From the NCBI GenBank assembly GCA_946542135.1, contig CAMNKG010000001.1:1-61717 (forward strand): a DNA stretch of 61,717 bases. The letters run 5' to 3'. Shown one piece after another: positions 16,103 through 23,593 of this stretch; the first letter of the stretch is position 1; every line of letters starts with the position of its first letter. This stretch comes from an uncultured Bacteroidales bacterium (GTDB taxonomy: Bacteria; Bacteroidota; Bacteroidia; Bacteroidales; P3). The notes beneath the pieces were generated by a model. It had not been told where the DNA came from. It worked only from the letters and a program-made list of their open reading frames with translations, and made no database searches. The position numbers and the translations under genes are program-made.

Positions 16103-17890
16103 ATGTCCAAAGAAATAAAATTCAGCCTTGTTTACCGCGATATGTGGCAATCTTCAGGCAAATATCAACCGCGTGTAGACCAGCTTACAAAGATTGCTCC
16201 CGTTATTGTGTCGATGGGGTGCTTTGACCGCATCGAGACGAATGGCGGTGCTTTCGAACAAGTCAACCTTATGTATGGCGAAAATCCTAACAAAGCTGTT
16301 CGCGCTTGGACTAAAGAGTTCAACAAAGCGGGCATCCAGACCCACATGCTGGAACGTGCCCTCAACGGCTTACGTATGTATGGCGTCCCTGCCGACGTGC
16401 GCCGTCTTATGCCTAAGGTGAAAAAGGCCCAGGGCGTCGACATCATGCGCTCATTCTGCGGCCTCAACGACCCTCGCAACTTGGAACTCTCGGTTAAATA
16501 CGCCAAAGAGGCCGGAATGATTTCTCAGGCTGCCCTCAGTATCACGCATTCGCCTGTTCATACTGTGGAGTACTATATGAGCTTGGTCGACAAACTTGTA
16601 GAGTTCGGCGCCGATGAGATTGCATTGAAAGATATGGCTGGCGTTGGCCGTCCCGCCACTTTGGGCCGTCTCGTCAAAGAAATCAAGACTAAATATCCTC
16701 ATATCATAGTCCAATACCACGGCCATACCGGCCCCGGACTTTCGATGGCATCCACGCTTATGGTGGCAGAAGCTGGCGCTGACGTCATCGACTGTGCCAT
16801 GGAACCTCTCTCGTGGGGCATGGTGCATCCTGATGTCATCAGCGTTCAGGCCATGCTCAAGGATGCCGGTTTCTTGGTCAAGGACATCAATATGGATGCC
16901 TATATGGAGGCCCGCAAAATGACACAGGAGTTTATTGACGACTTCCTGGGCCTCTATATCAATCCCGCCAACCGTATCAGCTCTTCGCTGCTGGTGGGCT
17001 GCGGCCTGCCGGGAGGCATGATGGGCTCTATGATGACTGACCTCCGTGGTGTTCACGGCGCCATCAATATGGCCCTCAAGAAAAGCGGCAAGCCCGAAGT
17101 GAGTTTTGAAGAACTCACCGTCCAGCTCTTCCAGGAGGTGGAACATATATGGCCCATGCTTGGCTATCCTCCTCTCGTTACGCCGTTCAGCCAGTACACC
17201 AAAAACATTGCCGTCATGAACCTCCTCTCCATGGCACAGGGCAAACCCCGTTTCAGCCAGATCGACAAGGATAGCTGGAATATGATTCTCGGCAAGGCTG
17301 GTAAACTGCCAGGACCTCTGGCTCCCGAAATTGTGGCTCTGGCCAAAGAACAAGGCTTGGAATTCTACGAGGGTGTGCCCCAAGATGCCTATCCCGACGC
17401 CTTGCCACAGTACATCAAGGAAATGGAAGAAAACGGCTGGGACCGCGGCGAAGACGACGAAGAACTCTTCGAACTGGCTATGCACGACCGCCAATACCGC
17501 GACTACAAAAGCGGTATCGCCAAAGAACGTTTCTACAAGGAAGTGGAAAAGCTCCGGGCGGAGAAAGAGTCTGCTCATGGCACTTCCGCGCAAGCGTCCG
17601 AACCGGGCACCATGCCTAACTATATGAAAGAACGCTACCGCAATGCCACCCCTGTCGTGGCTACCGCTACGGGTCAGCTGCTTTGGGAAATAGACTTCAA
17701 CGACAAGTCTGTACCCCCTGCTCCGGGTCGCGTCTACAAGGCTGGCGACACGTTCTGCACCATCCAGGCCAGCTATGCCATGATGCCTGTCATTCTCACC
17801 TCCGGCGGCCGCCTCGCCGACACTTGCAGACCCCAGGGCGCCATGGTCAAAAAAGGCGATGTCATCGGCTGGATTGAACACGCAGAGTAA
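16103..17890 (+). CDS. OadA / transcarboxylase-5S-like carboxyltransferase with C-terminal biotinyl-type domain lacking the biotinyl Lys
   Basis: 595 aa. It carries the ALKDMAG and YHGHTG carboxyltransferase motifs and a C-terminal barrel-sandwich-like segment YKAGDTFCTIQASYAMMPVILTSGG...MVKKGDVIGWIE. Confidence 0.8.
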   Translation: MSKEIKFSLVYRDMWQSSGKYQPRVDQLTKIAPVIVSMGCFDRIETNGGAFEQVNLMYGENPNKAVRAWTKEFNKAGIQTHMLERALNGLRMYGVPADVRRLMPKVKKAQGVDIMRSFCGLNDPRNLELSVKYAKEAGMISQAALSITHSPVHTVEYYMSLVDKLVEFGADEIALKDMAGVGRPATLGRLVKEIKTKYPHIIVQYHGHTGPGLSMASTLMVAEAGADVIDCAMEPLSWGMVHPDVISVQAMLKDAGFLVKDINMDAYMEARKMTQEFIDDFLGLYINPANRISSSLLVGCGLPGGMMGSMMTDLRGVHGAINMALKKSGKPEVSFEELTVQLFQEVEHIWPMLGYPPLVTPFSQYTKNIAVMNLLSMAQGKPRFSQIDKDSWNMILGKAGKLPGPLAPEIVALAKEQGLEFYEGVPQDAYPDALPQYIKEMEENGWDRGEDDEELFELAMHDRQYRDYKSGIAKERFYKEVEKLRAEKESAHGTSAQASEPGTMPNYMKERYRNATPVVATATGQLLWEIDFNDKSVPPAPGRVYKAGDTFCTIQASYAMMPVILTSGGRLADTCRPQGAMVKKGDVIGWIEHAE

Positions 17891-17895
17891 AAAAG

Positions 17896-17927
17896 TTTGT
17901 CCAATTCAAAAAATAGATGTATTTTTG
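17896..17927 (+). promoter_or_regulatory. Candidate promoter of the RnfA-like gene
   Basis: TTTG (17896-17899), 20 nt of spacer, then TATTTTTG (17920-17927). It sits about 70 nt upstream of ATG 18000. Confidence 0.5.
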
Positions 17928-17999
17928 CCGTTTGAGAGATTTCTGAAAATAGAAGCTTTCAAACGGCAATTATATTGTATAACAACAAAATAAGTTAAT

Positions 18000-18614
18000 A
18001 TGGATCCACTGAGTCCCTTTGCTCTAATTATTGGTGCCATTTTCGTCAACAATGTTGTCTTGGCACAATTCTTAGGCATTTGTCCCTTCTTGGGTGTGTC
18101 GAAAGACGTTAAAAGTTCTCTCGGTATGGGAGGCGCTGTCCTCTTTGTCATGCTCCTCGCTACCTTGGTCACCTTCATCATCTACAAATACCTGCTGGCC
18201 CCAGTAGAATTCGGAGGTCACGCACCTGTCGACCTGCGCTACATGCAGACCATTGTCTACATCCTCGTTATCGCCGGCCTCGTACAGATGGTTGAAATCG
18301 TCCTCAAAAAGATTGCCCCGGCGCTTTATCAGACCTTGGGCGTCTTCCTTCCGCTGATCACCACCAACTGCGCCGTCCTCGGTGTCGCTATTTTGGTTAT
18401 ACAAAAGGAGATGAATCTCCTCCAAAGCGTTATCTACGCCGGCAGCATTGCCGTAGGTTTCACACTGGCTTTGGTTATCTTCGCCGGCATTCGCGAACAG
18501 CTGGAACTCAACGGTGTGCCTAAATTCATGAAAGGCGTCCCCATTGCATTGGTCACCGCAGGCATCCTGGCTATGGCTTTCATGGGCTTCGGCGGCATCG
18601 TTCCAACCCCTTGA
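18000..18614 (+). CDS. rnfA: RnfA/RsxA-family membrane subunit (stand-alone copy)
   Basis: 204 aa with about six TM helices. It has the motifs FVNNVVLAQFLGICPFLGVSK, FLPLITTNCAVLGVA and ALVTAGILAMAFMGF. Confidence 0.75.
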   Translation: MDPLSPFALIIGAIFVNNVVLAQFLGICPFLGVSKDVKSSLGMGGAVLFVMLLATLVTFIIYKYLLAPVEFGGHAPVDLRYMQTIVYILVIAGLVQMVEIVLKKIAPALYQTLGVFLPLITTNCAVLGVAILVIQKEMNLLQSVIYAGSIAVGFTLALVIFAGIREQLELNGVPKFMKGVPIALVTAGILAMAFMGFGGIVPTP

Positions 18615-18837
18615 TTTACTCCCCAAAATTGTTAAATACGTATATCGTTTGACTTGAATATCAATCGTACCCGTAGTCTATGTTAATGGCTTTCGGTTTT
18701 GCTACTCGATTGATATATAGTTAATTAAAAAGATATTAAGAATTTTTAAACATTTTTTTTCTTCCATCGTTGAAAAATGTAGTACTTTTGCGGCTCGAAA
18801 CAACATTAAAAATAACCAATTTAAATTAAAAAAGAAA

Positions 18838-19050
18838 ATGAAGAAAGTATTTTTTGCATTAGCAGTTGTTGCTATGTTCTCTTTCGTAGCTTGCAACGGC
18901 AACGCCGCTGCTACCGATTCCAACGCAGCTGACACCACCGTTGCTCCCGCTGTTAACGAACCTGCTCCTGTAGAAGCTAACGCTGACACCACCGCAGTTA
19001 ACGACATGGCCGAAGATACCGAAGCTGCTACCGAGGAAGTGAACCAGTAA
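18838..19050 (+). CDS. Small acidic lipoprotein (hypothetical)
   Basis: 70 aa with signal peptide and lipobox-like FSFVAC, then an A/T/D/E-rich low-complexity tail. A TACTTTTG -7 box lies at 18783-18790, and a terminator follows directly. Confidence 0.6.
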   Translation: MKKVFFALAVVAMFSFVACNGNAAATDSNAADTTVAPAVNEPAPVEANADTTAVNDMAEDTEAATEEVNQ

Positions 19051-19088
19051 TCACACTGTATAGGCAACACAATCGCTTCTGGCGATAG

Positions 19089-19125
19089 AAAAAAAGGGAC
19101 TGAATAATCAGTCCCCTTTTTTTTT
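19089..19125. terminator. Bidirectional rho-independent terminator (lipoprotein gene / trpS)
   Basis: GGGACTG (19096-19102) pairs with CAGTCCC (19109-19115). It is flanked by A7 and T9 runs and sits between convergent genes. Confidence 0.8.
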
Positions 19126-19128
19126 GTC

Positions 19129-20127
19129 TTAATCTCTGTAGCCGATTACGTGTCTTACCTCGTCAAGGGTGCGTCGCGCACTCTCGTGGGCTTTCTCCTT
19201 GCCTTGATCCATCACTTTACGCAGGTACGACTCGTCGGACGACAGTTGGGCTATACGTTCGCGGAAGGGTTGTATAAAGGCAACCATATCTTCCACCAGC
19301 TGCTTCTTCAAGTCGCCATACCGGATCTGGCATTTGTTGTACTGTTCGTCGAAATAGGCCACCGTTTCCGGCTTGGACACCACCTTGAGCAGCGTGAAGA
19401 GGTTCTCGATTTCGACAGGCTTCGTCTGATTGGGCTCCGTGGGACCTGAATCCGTCTTGGCTTTCATTATCTTCTTTTTTATCGCCGCTGGTTCGTCGGT
19501 AAGGAAAATGGCGTTCATCTCTCCTTCCGATTTGCCCATCTTGCCACTGCCGTCAAGTCCGGGAATCTTGACAAGGTCGCTGCCGAAATTGAAGGCCTGC
19601 GGTAGCGGGAACACCTCATGCTTGTACATGTTGTTGAAACGGTTGGCAAAGGTACGCGTCATCTCAAGATGCTGCTCCTGGTCTTTGCCGACAGGCACCT
19701 TGGTGGCTTTGTGAATCAATATGTCTGCAGCCATCAGGGTGGGGTAGGTTAGCAGTCCTGCATTGACATTGTTGGGCTGTTGGCGCACCTTGTCTTTGAA
19801 CGAGGTCACCCGCTCCAACTCGCCAAGGTAGGCATTCATGTTGAGGAACAGATACAGCTCGATGGTCTCGGGCAGGTCACTCTGTAGGTAGATGGTGGCC
19901 TTCTCGGGGTCCAATCCCGCGGCAAGATATTGAACCAGTATCTGTCGCGCATTGTTGTATAGGTTGTCGGGTGTGGGGTGCGTGGTCAGTGAATGATAGT
20001 CGGCAATAAAGAAGAAGCAGTCATGCTCATCTTGCATTTTGACGAAATTGCGGAGGGCTCCAAAATAATTGCCCAAATGTAGGTTTCCAGTCGGTCGGAT
20101 GCCGCTGCAAACGGTTTCTCTGCTCAT
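19129..20127 (-). CDS. trpS: Tryptophan--tRNA ligase
   Basis: 332 aa with the class I motifs TGNLHLGNYFGA and KMGKS. Confidence 0.92.
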   Translation of the reverse strand: MSRETVCSGIRPTGNLHLGNYFGALRNFVKMQDEHDCFFFIADYHSLTTHPTPDNLYNNARQILVQYLAAGLDPEKATIYLQSDLPETIELYLFLNMNAYLGELERVTSFKDKVRQQPNNVNAGLLTYPTLMAADILIHKATKVPVGKDQEQHLEMTRTFANRFNNMYKHEVFPLPQAFNFGSDLVKIPGLDGSGKMGKSEGEMNAIFLTDEPAAIKKKIMKAKTDSGPTEPNQTKPVEIENLFTLLKVVSKPETVAYFDEQYNKCQIRYGDLKKQLVEDMVAFIQPFRERIAQLSSDESYLRKVMDQGKEKAHESARRTLDEVRHVIGYRD

Positions 20128-20212
20128 AAATTCAATTTTATTCTTTTCAATAAACGTGTAAAAAACTGTAGGTCTTTTTGTTATGTTGCTTTCCGAATAA
20201 CAAAGGACTCTA

Positions 20213-20244
20213 CAAATTTACATGTTTTTTTCAACATGACCAAA
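20213..20244 (-). promoter_or_regulatory. Candidate trpS promoter
   Basis: On the minus strand, TTTG (plus-strand 20241-20244), 20 nt of spacer, then TAAATTTG (plus-strand 20213-20220). Confidence 0.55.
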
Positions 20245-20375
20245 GTTTGTATCATGCTATAGTGTGGCACCATGTGCCATTCCAAAAAAAAATTGTATTT
20301 TTGCACTTCGAAAGAGCCACTTTTCTTCCGTGCATTGTACATGACGCGTTGTTGGCGTCAAGAACGTTGGAAATG

Positions 20376-20409
20376 AAAAAGGGCAGAGAAGTTTCCTTCC
20401 ATGCCCTTC
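20376..20409 (-). terminator. Hairpin terminator following a small minus-strand ORF
   Basis: The minus-strand RNA reads AAGGGCA-N15-TGCCCTT followed by UUUUU. It begins 7 nt beyond the stop at 20416. Confidence 0.5.
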
Positions 20410-20415
20410 TATTTG

Positions 20416-20616
20416 TCAGTTCAAGTACAACTTGATTCGCACATCCTTGACGTATACACACTGGGTGCAGCGCGCAAAATTGAGGATGTTCTGAACAACT
20501 CGCCTTGAAGGTTGTGCTGTGCTTGCAGATTCCGAAGATGTATTTGTGCTCAGGGTTTTGTGGCCCCGTTTGTAATCGTACTCCTGCGTCATAAGCACTT
20601 TTTTTGAGTTGAACAA
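20416..20616 (-). CDS. Hypothetical small protein (58-66 aa)
   Basis: The ORF has host-like codon usage and is followed by the terminator above. An alternative start is ATG 20592 (MTQEYDYKRG). No family was recognised, so support is weak. Confidence 0.3.
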   Translation of the reverse strand: MFNSKKVLMTQEYDYKRGHKTLSTNTSSESASTAQPSRRVVQNILNFARCTQCVYVKDVRIKLYLN

Positions 20617-21742
20617 TATGTTTATTACCTTTGAAATTAATCAATCACATTCTGAAAACAGAAAAAAACGCTTTTTATTGCGTCAGCTCTGTTTTTTAAC
20701 ATTTTTGTTCGCTCTTCCGATGAACGCCGCCTTCCCTCAACAGAACGAAACGGATTGCTATAGACTGGCTTTCTGGAATGTAGAGAATCTCTTCGACATC
20801 TGGGATGACACCACTACAATGGACGACGCCTTTACGCCTGAGGGCGAGAACCACTGGAATATGAAGAGGTACAAGACCAAACTGAACCATCTTTACCAGG
20901 CGCTGGCAGCTCTCGGTGCCACCGACTCCTTCGGATTGCGTATGCCGCTGCTGATTGGTATGGCTGAGGTTGAGAACGACAAGGTGCTTAGGGACCTCTG
21001 TAATGGCACTCCGTTGCGGAAGTTCCGCTATGACTTTATCCATTACGACTCTCCCGACCGTAGAGGCATCGACAATGCGCTTCTTTTCCGTAGGGACCTC
21101 TTTCATCCTTTCGCTTCGTGCGTCATCAGCAATAGTGACAGCAGTGAGGATTTTTTTACTCGCGACATGCTGCAGGTTTGTGGAACCGATAATAACGGCG
21201 ACACGATTATCATGCTTGTCAACCATTTCCCCTCGAAGCGCGGCGGCGCTACCGCCGACAGGCGGAGAATGATGGCAGCACGTCGACTCAGAACGACCAT
21301 GGATTCTCTGTCGTTGATGTATCCTTCTGCCGCCATCGTCGTTGTCGGCGACTTCAACGCTTCGCCCGACGAGGCTGAGATCGCTCAGGGCATCATGCGT
21401 CACGGCTCGGATGACGTTACGGCTTTTGTCAATCTTATGGAAACAATTGCACCCGGCCGTGGCTCCTATAAATATCAGGATCATTGGTCTTGTATCGACC
21501 AGATTATCGTCTCTGTCAATCTTTTGGATTCCAACAGTCGCTGCCCTTTCCGATGCCTGCAGGAGGAGGGGCAGCTGTTCGAGGCCGATTTCATGCTGCT
21601 GGATGATGAAAAATTCCTGGGCAAGAAAATCTATCGCACCTATCTCGGCCTGCGCTATCAGGGCGGCTTTAGCGACCACTTGCCCGTATATATTGATATC
21701 GTCAGGAAAAAAGAAAATCCCGCTCCTTCGGGGCGGGATTAG
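20609..21742 (+). CDS. Endonuclease/exonuclease/phosphatase (EEP) family protein, secreted
   Basis: 377 aa with a hydrophobic leader (LCFLTFLFALPMNAAF). It has the N-terminal FWNVENLF and C-terminal FSDHLPV motifs of the EEP fold. Confidence 0.8.
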   Translation: MNNMFITFEINQSHSENRKKRFLLRQLCFLTFLFALPMNAAFPQQNETDCYRLAFWNVENLFDIWDDTTTMDDAFTPEGENHWNMKRYKTKLNHLYQALAALGATDSFGLRMPLLIGMAEVENDKVLRDLCNGTPLRKFRYDFIHYDSPDRRGIDNALLFRRDLFHPFASCVISNSDSSEDFFTRDMLQVCGTDNNGDTIIMLVNHFPSKRGGATADRRRMMAARRLRTTMDSLSLMYPSAAIVVVGDFNASPDEAEIAQGIMRHGSDDVTAFVNLMETIAPGRGSYKYQDHWSCIDQIIVSVNLLDSNSRCPFRCLQEEGQLFEADFMLLDDEKFLGKKIYRTYLGLRYQGGFSDHLPVYIDIVRKKENPAPSGRD

Positions 21743-21763
21743 TCGAACATCTGTCCTGTCGGG

Positions 21764-22354
21764 CTACAGTTCAATATACATATTGTGCTCTTTCGCCAAA
21801 CGGCGCAGATTGATGATGGCATAGCGCATACGCCCCAATGCGGTGTTGATGCTGACACCCGTACGTTCGGCAATCTCTTTAAAGTCGAACTTGCCATAAT
21901 GACGCAAGATGACTACACGGCGCTGTTCCGGAGGAAGCATTTTGACCAGCTTGCGGATGTTCGAACTGGTCTGTTTGCGCATGATGGCTTTCTCGGCGTT
22001 GTCATCGTGGTATTTTATCGTGTCGACGACGTCGCGGTCAGGGGTGTTGGGGACAATGGGCATTTTGCCTAACCGTCTGAAATAATCGACAATCAGGTTG
22101 TGAGCAATACGCATAACCCAATGGATGAATTTGTTTTCATCCTTGTAAAGACCCGAATTGATGGTATAGATCACTTTGTAGAACGTGTCCTGGAAGATGT
22201 CGTCGGCCACATCCTTGTCTTTAACTACAGAAAAAATGTAGCCATAGACCTTGTTCTGGTAGCGGGCAAGGAGCGCCTCAAAGCAGGCATAGTCCCCTTC
22301 CTTGTAGCCTATGATCAATTCGTTGTCTGTGAGTGTGCACGTTGTTACGTCCAT
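21764..22354 (-). CDS. RNA polymerase sigma-70 family factor (ECF-type)
   Basis: 196 aa. The region-2-like segment is DIFQDTFYKV...WVMRIAHNLIVDYFRR, and the region-4 HTH is FKEIAERTGVSINTALGRMRYA. Confidence 0.85.
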   Translation of the reverse strand: MDVTTCTLTDNELIIGYKEGDYACFEALLARYQNKVYGYIFSVVKDKDVADDIFQDTFYKVIYTINSGLYKDENKFIHWVMRIAHNLIVDYFRRLGKMPIVPNTPDRDVVDTIKYHDDNAEKAIMRKQTSSNIRKLVKMLPPEQRRVVILRHYGKFDFKEIAERTGVSINTALGRMRYAIINLRRLAKEHNMYIEL

Positions 22355-22585
22355 TATAACCTCCTTTTGTTTTGGTTTAGAATGGTAGTTTTGCTCTATA
22401 CTGTTACGTTTTGGTTAGACATTGGGTTTATGGTTTCGGTTTACACCGATTTAGAATTGCAAAATTACAAATATTATTTTATTTGAACAAACGTCTACGC
22501 AATTTTTTTCTTTTTAGTATGTGGTATGTTAATTTTATTGTGTTAAGGGACAAAAATTTATGTTAAAAAATATTTTTAACATTTT

Positions 22586-23542
22586 TCATCCTCTCCCTTC
22601 TCCTTCGGTCTGAATATATAATTCACAGACCTCCTTTTCTTTCAATTTCAGTTCTTTTTGTCCGTCAATCCAGTGTATGTTAACGCCGTTGCGCTCCATG
22701 CGTCGAAACCATGTCATCTGCCGTTTCGAGAATCGTCGTATGTCGGTGTACAGGTTGTCGAACATGGCCTGGTAGGAATAGTCTTCGGTGAGATAACGGG
22801 TAATATGTTTATATTCAAGTCCGTATTTCAGCAGTCGCTCTTTGGGTACTCCGCTGTCGAGCAGCCGCTGCACTTCGTCTATCATGCCTTCTTCCAGTCG
22901 TTGCCGCAGCCGTATGCCGATGCGCTCCACTACTATCTCGCGTGGAAGTTGCAAACCCACAACAAGATGACGCATGGGCGGAAGGTGGGTGAAGGCTTCA
23001 GGATGCTCCCTGCGAAACTCCTGTATTTCCAACGCTCTGAGCAGCCTGTCGCGCGTCTCGGTGTCGGTATGGTTGTGGAGTTTGGTGAGCGAGGCCAGCC
23101 GCTCGGTGAGCACTTCGTCGTTGATGCCTTCCAGCGACTTGCGGTAGCTTTCGTCGATGGGTGCATCGGGCAACTGGTAGGAACGGACTATTGATTCTAT
23201 GTACATGCCGGTGCCGCCACACATGACGACGCGATGCCCGCGATGCCGGATCTGCTGGAAGGCCTGTATGAAATCGTTCTGAAACTGGTAGAGGTTATAC
23301 TCTTCCCCGGCATCACGGATGTCGATCAGATGACAGGCTATCTGTCTGTCGGGCAACCGGTATTCGTCCAAGTCTTTGCCCGTACCGATATCCATGCCTC
23401 GAAACACTTGTCGCGAGTCGGCACTGATAATCTCTGCATCCAACCTGGCAGCTACGGCTACGGCAAGGTTTGTCTTGCCACAGGCCGTGGGACCCAGAAT
23501 GGTGAGAAGCAATGGCGGTTGGACCTGTGTGGTCTGCTCCAT
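22586..23542 (-). CDS. miaA: tRNA dimethylallyltransferase
   Basis: 318 aa with P-loop ILGPTACGKTNLAVAVA and the DSRQVFRGMDIGTGK motif. Confidence 0.9.
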   Translation of the reverse strand: MEQTTQVQPPLLLTILGPTACGKTNLAVAVAARLDAEIISADSRQVFRGMDIGTGKDLDEYRLPDRQIACHLIDIRDAGEEYNLYQFQNDFIQAFQQIRHRGHRVVMCGGTGMYIESIVRSYQLPDAPIDESYRKSLEGINDEVLTERLASLTKLHNHTDTETRDRLLRALEIQEFRREHPEAFTHLPPMRHLVVGLQLPREIVVERIGIRLRQRLEEGMIDEVQRLLDSGVPKERLLKYGLEYKHITRYLTEDYSYQAMFDNLYTDIRRFSKRQMTWFRRMERNGVNIHWIDGQKELKLKEKEVCELYIQTEGEGRG

Positions 23543-23593
23543 GACGGTGTGTGAGTGGTGTGACTACATGCGGGTAATCGTCTCTTCGTCGAC

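Noticed and set aside
16451-17881. 476-aa minus-strand ORF opposite the OadA-like gene
   Set aside because: It is an antisense shadow; the sense strand has the carboxyltransferase motifs.
20341-20376. 11-codon mini-ORF MTRCWRQERWK with two Trp codons near trpS, reminiscent of an attenuation leader
   Set aside because: It lies on the strand opposite to trpS and points toward the EEP nuclease gene, so no link to Trp regulation can be made. It is most likely chance.
22560-22582. AT-only inverted repeat ATGTTAAAAA-ATA-TTTTTAACAT as a terminator or operator
   Set aside because: The stem is entirely A/T and sits in an AT-rich spacer, so it is too weak to call. It is mentioned only as context in the sigma-factor finding.
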